A stretch of 64,000 nucleotides of DNA from Azolla caroliniana. Lineage: Eukaryota > Plantae > Polypodiophyta. The position numbers and the translations under genes are program-made. Location of the stretch: contig JBHGNT010000009.1 in the NCBI GenBank assembly GCA_043228905.1, forward strand, positions 7,626,001-7,690,000, in the 5' to 3' direction. Below, in pieces: positions 51,746 to 64,000 of this stretch (positions are counted from its first letter, which is position 1; the number at the start of each line of letters is the position of its first letter). The notes under the pieces were generated by a model. The model was not told the DNA's origin, ran no database searches, and was given only the letters and a program-made list of their open reading frames with translations.

Positions 51746-54700
51746 TTATTTCCACCCAAGCCTCTCGAAAAGAAGTGGGGGGTCAAAGGGTCTTGATGTG
51801 GGTTCCAATGTAGAGAGTGCCCTAGCCATGGCTTCTAGGCGGTGTAGCTCACGTTCCCTTATTTTCAATATTGCGTCCACATCACGTTGAGTTGTTTTGA
51901 AACCCGGCACCCGAGGACGTCTGGTTCTTCTCTGGTTTTCTGCCTCATCAATGGAAAGGCCGAGTGGTGCAAGTGTGTCGGCATTCGTTGTCTCCTCAGG
52001 TTCCTGAAAAACTGCATTTGTTACATGTTCGTGATCATTAGCAGCATTATTGTCAACATTTTGTAATTTATTCTCTCTGTGTTGTTTTAGCTCTAGAATG
52101 TATTTGCCTAATTTCTTTATATCTAGAGTATCTAATAGTTTGGGGAGGGTGGGAGACGGACCAAGTATGTCTTGGTATTTTGCCCTTATCTCGGCATAGG
52201 TTGGACACTTGCAAGTAAAGTGGTACTCATCCTCTATCTCTATGTGACATAACCTACATATCCTTTCCTCCCTAGGGACTCCACTAGTACGGCCATTTTC
52301 AATCTCAAGTTGGTAAGATGATATTCTAAGTTGTCCAATGGCAACCCTTAGTGCATGTGGTAAGAATACATCTAGATATTTTGGCCGTGTGATAAAACCT
52401 AACTCAGAGAAGTGCATGAAGTGTTTCTTATAGTACGACATTTTAGATGGGAGTGGCTCTAGTGGGGTGATCCATTTACACCGAGTGTAAATTTGCCATA
52501 TTTCTTGGCGTATTACTTTATTGCGGTTCTCATGAGAGATTAAGGTGTTATCACTCGTGTGGTTGTACCTAAGGGGAGGTAGGTTATTAATGTCTAGACC
52601 ATTCGCAAGAAGCCAAGTCACCATCATGCCATACCATGAGCTAGTATAGCCGGACTCATACAATGATCGAGAGGCCTTAAAGGCTTGATGAGATATTCTA
52701 TCATGTGGTTGGCTATGTATCCTATCAATAAAGACTACAAGTTGAAAAAGTGCCTCTACTAGCATTGGGGGTAACGTGAACTCGGCCCTAATAATGTCAT
52801 GTGGTACAGTTGATTTGCTTCGGAGTTGGCGTGATAGCATCATCACCAATGGTCTCTCTAATTGCGTCCACATGAAGGATGGTAATCCTGGAGCCCAAAC
52901 CGCAGATGCATACATGAGGGAGGGGGTCACTAATGAGTCAAAGAGCCACCCTTTAGTCCGTGGCTCTTGAAAGTGTGCTTGGTGGCATTGTCTCTCTAGG
53001 AGTGAGAGGGATGCATGTCCTCTCGTGAGTCTATCCTTCGCTGCCTGTGTCATCGAAAATTTACCTGAGCGGGCACTAAAAGTGACTCCGAGATATACGT
53101 ACGATCCAACCACCTCGACTGGGCTATGGGAGATAGTTAGGTGACACTTAGCTCTAACTTGGGCCGATGTGTGGAAGATAAGGACTTTCGTTTTCCCTAG
53201 ATTCACTACCAATCCTCGTTGTACACAAAAGTCATCTAAGGCATTGAGGTGCCTCTGTAGGTCGTGTTCGGATTCAGAGAGCAAAACTATGTCATCCGCA
53301 TAGAGCAAGATACGAACCTGCGTATCCCCAAGGACCACTCCGGTGCCTCCCTCACGAGCAATAAAATCTGTGATCTCATCAATGTAAATCCCAAAAAGCG
53401 TCGGTGATAGGGGGCAACCTTGTTTTACACCAATAGTGCTAGTGAAACGATTGGATAGGCCACCTGGGCATCAGACACACCCGGATACTTGTTCATATAG
53501 TGCGTAGATGGCCCATACCATATCATCTGGTATCCTCAAGCTTTTAAGTCTATCAGACAACCGATCTCTAGGGACTGTGTCAAAGGCTTTGCGGAAGGCC
53601 ACAAAACAACAATATAATCTCTTCTTGCGAGCCCTAGTTTGGTCAATTAGGCATCTAAGTGTGAAGATGTGATCAATAGTGGAGAAGGCTCGTCTAAAGC
53701 CAGCTTGTTCAGGTGCACGAAGGTTTAGGGTCTCCATGTAGTCGCTAAGCTCTGCTTCCATTACTGCACCATATAACTTAGCAAGGGTATGGCCTATCAT
53801 AATGGTCCTATATGTATTTGGGTCCATGGGGTCCCCCCCTTTATGTATGGGGGTCACTGTATTCATAGTCCACTGTGGTGGAAAACCCTCCGCAAGGGCA
53901 CGATTGAAGATTAGAGTTAGCAAGGGAGCTAGGCACTCTCTCGCATATATAATGTGTTCTGCTCGCAATCCTGTGTGGTCCATGGACTTCCTATGTTGTA
54001 ATTTCTTTATGACCTTCATGACCCTAGAGGTCGTGAAAAGTGTCCCCGTGGTAGGCCGGGGTGTGGAAGGCATTGGAAAAGGTGGTTGGTTTGGGATTTG
54101 GTAAAGTCTCTCTGTATATGTGTGCCAAGTTTCGGGATCTTCGATGGGTGTTTGTGGTCTTGGCTCCCGTAGTCTCTTCCATGCCGTGGCGCAATCGCTA
54201 CTCATGAGCATATGGTAGAGTTCCCAGTATTGGGATGCCTCCCACGTTCGTCTCTTACGACGTGTCATCTTACGCATTTCTTTGCGAGCTTGTGTGGAGG
54301 TAATACTACCATTGAGTTGCGATACTGTAAGTTGTCTATGTAGGTCCCTACAATCCTCGTCATACCATTTATTTTGTGGCATTGATCCTGATCTACCTTG
54401 ATTTGAGTGTTTTGTATATGGGAAACTGCTAGCTGCTGCGGAGTGAAGGATGTGTGTGAGTTTTGTACTAAGGCTTTCTAACGGTAGAGAGGGATCAATG
54501 GAGGGGAGATGGGCCTGAACATGTTGAGAGTATATGTCAGAGAGCTCATGTGTGAAATGTATTGTGGTGTGATGGCATGGTTGACTAGACTTGGTGACCT
54601 TAGAGATATCACATTTTAGCTCGAAGTATAAGAAGCTATGGTCTGCGCCAATAGGGCATGGGGCCACTCGGAAGGAGTTAATCAAGTGGGTAGCTGTCGG

Positions 54701-55477
54701 GCGCCCTATTAGATAGTCAACTGTGCTTTCCCCTCCTCCATGTGGGAAACATGTGAGCTCTTCCGAGCCCGGCCACTTAGCTAAACCATTATATATGACC
54801 ATTTGGTGCCGACTGCCAAGTTCGAGCAGGTGATGGCCAAAGCTCGTGGCGTCCGCACCTTGATCCTTTGATCTACGTGTGGTGCCTATGTCTAAAGGAT
54901 CAACATTTACCATTTCTGGGTTTCTATTCATCTGAAATACTGTGCATTGTCGGGATTGGGTTCTCGCATTGAAGTCTCCTACAAGAAATACTTCTCCTTG
55001 GGAAGAATATCGGATTATGTCATCCGATAGGGGTTCGTATGGAGAAGGCCCATGTGGCATTCCTTCATCGACTAATCTCGTCAAGCCACTAATATTATAA
55101 CGGGATCCTTTTGGGGGAAAGTAACAAATGGCGAAAAATACTGCATGGTCTTTGCTTGTGGAGACTTTCACCCACATAAAACGAGCTTCTGGGTCTATCT
55201 TCATTATTTCTATCCTATTATGTAGCTCTCTACGAAATAGTATCGCGACACCTCCAGATCCCCTAGTAGTGTGTCGACGTGAGGTTTGTCTAAAAGCGGA
55301 CTCCCAACGGAATCCTTCGACCCGTGGGAGTCCTCTATTTGGGCTCTGATGTGTTTCTACCAAGAAAAGTATATCAGATACCTTTAGTATCTCCTCTAGG
55401 CGGCCGGGGTGTGCCCAGAGTGCGCCATTACAATTCCATAGGGTCATCCTAAGTGCATTTTCTGTCACATGGGCCAC
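51746..55477 (-). CDS. LINE ORF2: APE endonuclease, reverse transcriptase, C-terminal CCHC; one in-frame TGA at 53471-53473
   Basis: WNCNG, VGDFNA, ADH; EQAGFR, AFDTV, GVKQGCPLSPTLF, LYADD, YLG; RICRLCHIEIEDEYHFTCKC. ORFs 53471-55477 and 51746-53338 are in the same frame (132 nt apart); the stop is probably CGA>TGA. Confidence 0.9.
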
Positions 55478-55483
55478 ACGCCG

Positions 55484-56410
55484 TCAGTTAGTAGTGCGAT
55501 CATTTATGATCACTCGCCCGTCTCGGTAAAAGGCGCGATGGCCTTCTTTACGAGCTTGCATAACTCGTGGCATACAACTCTTGCGATGCTCAATTTGCAT
55601 CTTAGTGAGGTCTTCATCGAGATAGATGGGGTCCCCATCCATTCCTCGAAGGATTGGTCTCTTCTTAAAGAAAGTGATTCTAGAGTCTAAGTCTTTAAAT
55701 TGAAGGACTAAGGCTCTCTTCCTAGTTGTGTCACGCCCGGCCCTCCATGCTTTGGTGATAGGTAGGGCCTCTGTGTACCCTAACATTTTCCCAAGTGTTT
55801 GTGCGTCCTCATTTGGGGATGCACCTTCCTTGAGCCCAGTGACACGTACATTTAAGCGTCGGGCCTGACGCATTTTCTCTTCTTCAAGGGTGGTGTTAAC
55901 AATATTTTCATCTTTTATTTCTTTTTTAATGTTTCTTTTAACCACATCTACCCAACCCGTTTTAGCTAACTCTATGTTATTATTAACTTCCTCTTTAACT
56001 TTTTTAATTTCGTCCTTTATATCCTCTATAGAGGATATTTCACCGTCTTCCCGAGATACCTCGATGTCCTTAAGTTGTTTTTTAAGGTCGATGTTTTCTA
56101 CTTTAAGTTGTTCTATTTCGGCCTTGAGGGCGTCTTTTTCCTCTCTATCTTTTTTCTTGTAGGTTTCGGTGTCTTTCACCCATTTTTTCATATCCATCTC
56201 TATTTTTGTTAAACGATTAAACATATCTAAAAAGTCCTCCTTACTTATAGCCTCGTCTTGTATATCCTTAAGTTCCTTAGTCCGTCTAGACGTCATTGTG
56301 GTGTCAATAAGAAAAAAAAGAAGGTAAAATAAATGGGTTCGAGACTTAGCCGAGTTTTTGTGTGTGTCGCAATCACATCGGCATTTTGTAGCACGGGACG
56401 AGCACACCAA
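55484..56410 (-). CDS. LINE ORF1: coiled coil plus RRM-like nucleic-acid-binding domain (probable ATG at 56296)
   Basis: Heptad-rich N-terminus, then RRLNVRVTGLKEG...RAGR...RALVLQF...IYLDEDLT, typical of CR1/L2/RTEX-type ORF1; lies directly upstream of ORF2. Confidence 0.85.
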   Translation of the reverse strand: MVCSSRATKCRCDCDTHKNSAKSRTHLFYLLFFLIDTTMTSRRTKELKDIQDEAISKEDFLDMFNRLTKIEMDMKKWVKDTETYKKKDREEKDALKAEIEQLKVENIDLKKQLKDIEVSREDGEISSIEDIKDEIKKVKEEVNNNIELAKTGWVDVVKRNIKKEIKDENIVNTTLEEEKMRQARRLNVRVTGLKEGASPNEDAQTLGKMLGYTEALPITKAWRAGRDTTRKRALVLQFKDLDSRITFFKKRPILRGMDGDPIYLDEDLTKMQIEHRKSCMPRVMQARKEGHRAFYRDGRVIINDRTTN

Positions 56411-56479
56411 AAGAACCCACCCACGAACTCGTCGAGAAAAAGGTACTTCACCACATCAAGAACGGAGAAGAAAACACCC

Positions 56480-56818
56480 CGTGACGGTGGCAGTCGTCAA
56501 AACGACGGTAGACGACGGCAGACAGCGGCAGCAGACGGCAGACGACGGCAGCAGACGGTAGAAGACGGTGGATGACTGCACGGTGGCAGACGACGACGGC
56601 CGCAGATAACGGCAGCGACGGCGACGGCGACGGCGACGACACTAGCCAACGACAGAGAGAGACGAGGAAGCGAGCGATAGAGAGAGAGAGCAGACGGAGA
56701 CGGTTGCCGCGGCTGCAGACAACGGCTGCAGACGACGGCGACGGTGACGGCGACGGCGACGACAACGACAGAGAGAGCCGTTAGCGACAGAGAGAGCCGT
56801 TAGCAACAGAGAGAGAGA

Positions 56819-56855
<37 letters not shown>

Positions 56856-56890
56856 TGTGTGTGTGTGAGAGAGAGAGCGATAGAGAGAGA
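56480..56890. repeat. (GACGGC)n/GCAGAC repeats and (GA)n(GT)n microsatellites at the LINE 5' end
   Basis: Directly visible low-complexity GC-rich tract. Confidence 0.85.
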
Positions 56891-57370
56891 GACAGAGACA
56901 AAGAGGTCGCTGCCTCTGTTGTAACCGCCGCCTGTGGCGAAGATCCGTGAGCATGAGGTCGGTGCCTCAGTGAACTCACTGTTGTACATACTTACATAGT
57001 GACAGTTTGCAGCTTGTGGGCTGCCGTGGTTTTCCCCCCTAGTTTGGGGTTTTCCACGTGAACATCCTGTGTACCTTTTTTCTCTCCTTTTGTGTCGCGT
57101 GTTTTATTTCCCATTTTCTGTGTATCATTCTAAGCTCGGTTGTGGACGAGCGTTGTGCATAAGGAACGTTGTAGTTCCCATCAATGTACTCGACTCTTTC
57201 TATCTCCTTTAGAGCAGTCAAAAACCCTATCAACTCGTTGATCGATCTGGCTGACCAGCGAGTGTTCAGCTTGTCTTTGTTCGACTGCTGACTTCTCTCA
57301 TAGACACCAACTGCCAACTTCTACTAGAGGAGGGACATTTTCCTAACAAATTGGATGTAGAGGACGAGGG

Positions 57371-60300
57371 TGTTATGTACACATAACGTTGGTGAGGGTA
57401 GGTAACTAATATTTACATTAGTGAAGGGTAGGTTCACTAATGTTTAAAAGGGGACTAATGATTGGATAGAAGGAATGATAGGTGCATGCACTATCATGAT
57501 TTGGACAACCAATGAATGGAAAGCCTTTTAGAAAGGCACATCTATTCAAGGGGCCTAGGAAAATGTATAAATATGAGGTTTAGCTACCCTCATCAGGAGA
57601 TTACGTCGGAAGGCTGCCGTCTTAGACACTGGTGGTACGGGCTAGGCTTTCATCTCGACGATCATGTTTATCTCTTCCAAGGTATTAGTCATCCTAATAT
57701 CCGGCGGTATGGGACTTCGGTGGTAGGTTGGCTATGTCTAGATCATAGCTCGGGGGTGGTCGGGTGGAACGGGTTCTTCTATCCAATCTATTTTCCTTCT
57801 TTTACTTTACTTTGGTCTATTGATTAGTAATAGACTCTTAACAGTGGTATCAGAGCATTTACTAACATTTTTTTTTGTTGTTTTGATCTTTTTTATGTGT
57901 GAGCGATGGGGATCTAACAAGGCTCATCATGCTCTTCTCAGGATCAAAACAACACTCTAAACCCAGTATTCTTCTTTCTCGATCTCTCTTCTTTCTATGA
58001 TGCGTTCTTGTTGGTCGAATCAAATTTGTATTACGTTTTCTTTGCTTTTCTTTCTTCTTTCTACCACAATACGATTTTAATTATTATTGTGCATCGGGCC
58101 GAGCGTGTTTGCAGCAATCGCAAACGCTCAACTCATGGCCTTTTGCATATTGCGATGTACCTCCCACTCTCCTCTCTCTTGAGCCTTCTCTTACGATATT
58201 AATTATTGTTGTGCATTGGGTCGAGTGTGTTTGCCCTAATCGCGCACACTCACCTCATGGCCCTTTTACATATGATGTTGAGTATGCCACTCTTCCCTTT
58301 ATTGAGCCATCACTTGGCCGTTTCTATGGGATGTTGTGGCCTTGACGAGGTATATGTCACTTTACTCTTTATTGAGCCATCACTTGGCCGATTCTAGGGA
58401 GATGTAGTGGTCTTAAGGGGGTGCCTGTCGACTACTCTAGGGTTTCGTACCTTAAGGCATGCTTAATGTTCCATACACCTAATTGCTTATTATTCTAATT
58501 AATTTCTAATTCCACAAATTGTCATTTCACTTATATGATTATCTCGTAATTATTGTTTACTCGCCCACAATTAACTCTCCTTTTTCCCGTTGCTTTTTGT
58601 GTATAAAGTATTTACATGCGTTTACCTATGATTTAACGCTTCCTTGTAGACTATTTTTTTCGTATGGAGTGGGCATCATGCCGTTTTTTTTAAACTATTT
58701 TTTCCAACTCATATTATCGAGCCTTAGAACTCGAGTAAAACCACATGAGTTCCCCTATTGATGTTTTACTCATAGATTTGAGTTCTACATCTTTGCTCAC
58801 AACACCACCACCACTTGTATCAATTTGTGGCTTATGTCACAACTGTGCAAATTAACCATCATATTGGGATGTATATGTGCATACCTCGCACCTCCCATTT
58901 ATTTGTGACATTGTTTTTTTAGTAGGTAGCACATGGGTTTTTTGACCCTTGTTTTCCTCACTACTTGCCTCTAATGGGTAGTGCCTTATTTTATCATTTT
59001 TATCATCACATTTGCTTGTTACTCGCAAGACTAGAATATTACTTGGGAATGCACTTGTTTTTTTCACGTAATACACTTTCTCGACCATATTAATACATGT
59101 TGGGTTGGCATTAATATAAGGCTAACTAGGAAATTACATTGATGTTGGAACCATGGTTGAGCCTCGGGGAGCCGCCATGATTACTCAAGATAGAGATCCG
59201 AGAAAGACATCTTAGCTATGTTTGCCCCCATGGTTTTTAAAACACCATAGTGTTACCATAGTTATCGGATCTCAAATCACATCTCATATGTCTAGAGGGG
59301 TAAAGACGTGAGATGCTTTCTTGGTAAAGTTCTTCCAATCAAAATTTCAAGCATTCATTTTGCTTGTGTATTTTCTGAACCTCCTTATTTATATTGCATA
59401 ACCACAACTTGCATCATGGAACAAGTTTTGAACGTTGTTGGAGCAATCTCTCTGATCGAGACCGCTCAAGTCCAATCCACATCTCGCACACAAGCTGAGA
59501 TCTCTATTGAGCAATTGCTCACTACTACCTTGAATCAATGGGCCGAAATGAGGCAGGCCAATATGGCATTGGAAAAGAAATTCCAAGAACTGAATATTGA
59601 GTCCAAGAAAGAAGGTGAGCCTTCTTTCATAGTAACGCCATTCAAGGGAGATAAGAAAGAAAGAACTGAGGAGGCCATTACAACTTGGCTTGGTCGTTGG
59701 GAGGCTCACTTTGAGATCCACCCCAAGCCAGATGCTGTAAAAATTGGTTATGTCAGTCGTGAGTGAGGTGGCCGAGCTACTGCTTGGTGGCACGGCCTAA
59801 GGACTGCAAAGAACTTACCTACAACTTGGGAAGGTTTCGTTGATTTTTTAAGAAACAGTATTTGCAGCCACCTTCTCAAATTGAACAAGTGCAACACTTG
59901 CTCACGTTGTCGAGTAAGCCATTTACCTCTCTTTGAGGATTATGTGCATCATGCTCGGACCCAGATCCAAAAATCGGGACTTACAGGTGAGAAATGGTTT
60001 GTTGCTTGCTTTTTGAATGGTATTCCTAATGGGGATTACCATTGGATTGTCCTTGACAAGGAACCCACAAATCTTGAGGAAGTCATCAACATTGTACTTC
60101 GGTACCATAGGACTTCCAAGAAAGACCACAATAAACCTGAGTTCACCAAAACTCCGAATGTTAAGTTCATTGGGAAACGTAAGCAATCCAATGACACTCT
60201 TGACCGCGACTCCAAGAAACCTAACCTCTTTTGTGCATATTGCAAGAAGCAGGGCCACACAAAGGATACCTGTCGTCGTCTTGAGAGGAAGTCAATGAAC

Positions 60301-63300
60301 TCCCTTCCTCAAGACAAATCTACAAGTCACACAAGTGAGTCTTTTGATGTTGTTGAAGTTCATAGCAACCACTTAAGTTCATGTGAATGCACTTTTCCTT
60401 CACATTTACTTGGACCTAATGATTTACTCCGAGCAGTCGGGTATATCAATGGAACACAAGAATATTTCTTGTTTGATTCCGGTAATTCTCACAATTTTCT
60501 TAATGATCACTTTGTGTAGCAAATGGAACTCCACATAAACGCAAGTAATCATATGTATCAAGTTCATATGGCAAATAAAAGCGTTCAATACATCAATGGC
60601 ATTGTTTATCAACTACCAATTCAAAAAGATACCTATTTGGAGAAGCTAGACTTTCTTGTTATGAAACTACAATCCGCAGATGTCATTTTAGGATACCCTT
60701 GGTTTTTTAATAAAAACCCTTCTTTGTCCATTGATTGGGTTAATCACTCAATCACATTTGAACTTAATAATTGTAAACATTTTATTCAATGTTCCAAACT
60801 TCCTTCTTGTTCACTTGTGTCCTCTAAATCTTTAAGTGAGTATTCTAGTTCATTAATTTATTCATGTGTAATTGATCATGTGCTTCAATTTTCTTATTTT
60901 AATATTGATGCCACACCATTACCACATTATGAACAACGATTACTCAACTCTATTTTAGATGATTTTCAAGACGTGTTTCCTAATGAATTGCCGCTTACTT
61001 TACCACCAAAACGTAATGTGGACCATCAAATTGAACTCATCCCCGGTGCTTCTCCTGTGAGCATTCCACCTTACCGACTTAGTTGATTAGAAGAGGATGA
61101 GATCACCAAACAACTTAAGGAATACTTGAGTATGGGCCACATTAGGTATAGTAAATCACCTTGGGGTGCGTCAGTTCTATTAGTTAAGAGGAAGGAAGGT
61201 TCATGGTGAATGTGTATCAATTATCGCCGTTTGAATAAAATGACAATTAAAAAAGCATATCCGTTACCTCGTGCCAATGATTTGATTGATCGTTTGTATG
61301 GGCCCCGATATTTTACGAAAATTGACTTGCGAACAGGTTATCATTAGATTCGCATTGCCGAGGTTGATATTCCTAAAACCGCTTTCCGTACGCGCTATGG
61401 CCATTATGAGTTTTTAGTCATGCCTTTCAGGTTGACTAATGCTCCAGCCACATTCCAACAAGCGATGAATGACGTTTTTCGAGATCAACTCGGTGATTTT
61501 GTTGTCGTCTTCTTGGATGATATTTTAATATATAGTCATACCTTGCAAGATCATGTTCAACGTGTTCGATTTGTTTTGCAAAAGTTGCGTGACAAATCTT
61601 TCTATGCAAAACATTGAAAATGTGATTTTTTCCAAAAATCTATTGTGTACCTAGGTCATTTAATTACGGAACATGGTGTTGAAATTGAACCTTCTCGTAT
61701 TGAAAAGGTTAAACTTTGGCCCATTCCTCATAATATGTGAACTGCGATCATTCTTAGGGTTTGTTGGATTTTTACGAAAATCAATTCCTAACTATTCCAA
61801 ATTGACTACGCCATTAACTGACCTTTTAAAAGCTCATCCACATAAGTCTGTCAAACCAATTTCATGGAATGAACAACTTGACAAATCATTTGAGACACTC
61901 ACAGAGCATGTGTGTCAGGATCTTCTATTACCGGACCCTTCTAAGCCTTTCTCAATCGAAACCGATGCTAGTGATTATGCTATTGATGTCGCTCTTTATC
62001 AAGGCGATCACCCTATTGCTTTTGAAAGTAAGAAGCTTGATGTTGCTCAATCTCGGTATTCGGTTCAAGAGAAAGAGTTGTTTGCAGTAATACATGCACT
62101 TAAAACATGGAGGCACTATCTCTATGGAAATAAATTTGTGGTTACAATAGACCATCAATCATTGAAGTATTTTTGTGACTAGCCAGATCTTGTTGGTCGT
62201 AAAGGCCGTTGGGTTGACCTTATGCAAGATTTTGATTTTTCCATACGGTATCGCAAGGGTTCTATGAACATTGTTGCGGATGCTCTTAGTCGCATTAAAG
62301 AAGTTAACATACTTAGCTTCACGGAAATAAAATCTTACCTTTTAGATCAATTTCGAGGGAAATACCTTGATGACAGTTATTTTTCGAAATACTAGACAAA
62401 AGCTGAATCTGGTTTAGATGTCGATACTAGCAACCTACCCTCGAAGGCGACCTTTCACATTACAAACGGTTTGCTCTACCGTAGTGGAAAGGTCTGTGTT
62501 CCAAATTTACCAAACGTAAAATAGAAAATTCTTCATGAATGTCATGATGCACCATCTGCTGGGCATTCTCGAATACAACGCACACTCGTTCTCATCTCGA
62601 GTACTTTTTTTTGGCCTAAGATGCGCTCTTACGTGCATAAATACGTGACTCAATGCTTACAATATCAGATTAAAAAGTCGGAACGACTTAAAGTTGTGGG
62701 TCTTTTACATCCCTTAGATATTCCCAACAACAAATGGGAAAGTATCTTGATGGATTTTATTGGTGGTTTACTTCGTACACAAAGGGGTCATGATACCATT
62801 TGGGTTGTTGTTGACAGACTAACAAAATTGGCTAGATTTATTCCTATCAAAACCATGGTAACCGCTCAACAATTGGCTTATCAATTTGTTGATGAGTTAT
62901 TTCACTTTTATGGATTACCAATGGATATTGTTAGTGATCAAGATTCCAAGTTTACTAGTGAATTTTGGACTCAAGTCTTTAAGAAACTAGAAACTACGTT
63001 GAGCATGAGTTCCGCAGATCATCCTCAGTCTGATGGACAAACTGACCGAGTTAATCAAATTATTGAGGAGATGCTTCAAGCTTATGTAGCAAAAACCCCT
63101 TCTAACTAGGAGCAATACCTTCCTATCTTAGAATTTGCCTATAATAGCTCTAAACATACATCCACTGGATATAGTCCTTTTATGTTGATGTATGGTTTTC
63201 AGCCACGTGCCCCAGTTGATGTCACGATAGCTCAAGATCATGCTCGATTTTATGCTGATCAGGATAGACATCCTCGTGCATTTACTATTGTTCAAAAAGG

Positions 63301-64000
63301 TTTTTTGCGTGTCCCTACTGATTCTACTTCATTGTCTACGGGCAAGTGCGCTAAGTTAGCCCCACGATATTGTGGCCCATTTGAGATCCTTAAGCGGGTT
63401 GGGTCATCTGCTTATCACCTTGCCTTACCTCGTAACGTTGGTATTCATCTTGTTTTTCACGTTAGTCATCTAAAACCATTTTTAGGCTCTCGTGATAACA
63501 CCATCACAATCCAAGATCTTGTAACATTAGAGGATTTTTCTTACAAACCTCAAGTTCCTGAAGGAATTCTTGATTCTTGTACTAAATGTTTACGTTCTAA
63601 AGAGATTCAGCTATTCAAGATCAAATGGATGGATAAACCTATTGATGATGCCACATGGGAACACCAGCATACTCTTAAGGCACAATTTCCTCACTTTATA
63701 TTGCAAGAGTGCAATCTTTTGAAGTAGGGGAGTATGTTATGTACACATAACATTGATGAGGGTAGGTCACTAATATTTACATTAGTGAAGGGTATGTTCG
63801 CTAATGTTTAAAAGGGGACTAATGATTGGATAGAAGGAATGATAGGTGCATGCTCTATCATGATTTGGACAACCAAGGAATGGAGAGCCTTTTAGAAAGG
63901 CACATCTATTCAAGGGGCCTAGGAAAAGGTATAAATATGAGGCTTAGCTACCCTCATAACGAGATTACGCCGGAAGGTTGCCGTCTTAGACACCTGTGGT
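57371..64000 (+). mobile_element. Ty3/gypsy chromovirus, decayed; 3' LTR runs off the window
   Basis: 5' LTR 57371-57843, Met PBS TGGTATCAGAGC 57845-57856, PPT 63721-63734, 3' LTR from 63735. Confidence 0.95.
59416..63727 (+). pseudogene. Gypsy gag-pol: gag, protease, RT, RNase H, integrase, chromodomain
   Basis: [73 protein letters not shown]; many stops. Confidence 0.93.

Larger units (their letters stand above)
51542..56890 (-). mobile_element. Near-intact full-length RTEX-like LINE
   Basis: ORF1 plus ORF2 (APE-RT-CCHC), (CTTT)n 3' tail, GC-rich repetitive 5' UTR; inserted in the GA tract of an LTR. Exact ends are blurred by microsatellites. Confidence 0.9.
51145..57183 (+). mobile_element. 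Solo LTR of family C inserted in the copia A 5' LTR, itself split by a LINE
   Basis: TGTTGGGAGACAGG...GTTCCCATCA; TSD ATGTA (51140-51144/57184-57188); LTR halves 51145-51541 and ~56890-57183. Confidence 0.9.
28959..57348 (-). mobile_element. Ty1/copia element A (host of the nested cluster), decayed, TG...TA termini
   Basis: LTRs 50585-57348 (5') and 28959-30574 (3'); TSD AATTG; Met PBS 50570-50581; PPT 30575-30585; gag 50021-50556, protease/integrase 38801-44723, RT 37585-38526, RNase H 30600-31190. Confidence 0.9.

Noticed and set aside
53471-53473. Programmed recoding at the stop inside LINE ORF2
   Set aside because: It lies mid-RT where an Arg fits, is best explained by CGA>TGA deamination, and lacks a readthrough context.
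56333-56989. GC-rich ORFs at the LINE 5' end
   Set aside because: Low-complexity translations of (GACGGC)n and microsatellite repeats.

Overview
Repeat-dense land-plant nuclear DNA with no confidently identifiable host gene. The mix of a plant-type mitochondrial rrn26 fragment, a Tcn1-like chromovirus, RTEX-like LINEs and a Sola-like transposase suggests a non-seed plant such as a fern (inference). Bases 1-28 kb are AT-rich decayed repeats holding a small NUMT, a four-unit tRNA-derived array, a rearranged gypsy element, two hAT MITEs and several truncated LINEs. Bases 28.96-57.35 kb are one nested stack: copia A (unusual TG...TA ends, AATTG target duplication) contains a TRIM, copia B (with a solo LTR), a gutted element C with a 67-bp satellite, copia D, and a solo LTR carrying a nearly intact 5.3-kb RTEX-like LINE. 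Removing the stack rejoins a split Sola-like transposase motif. A chromodomain gypsy element fills 57.37-64 kb. The most intriguing points are the LINE ORF1/ORF2 in-frame junction at a single UGA-CGG, its GA-microsatellite insertion sites, and tRNA-like modules in a tandem array and in a gypsy LTR.
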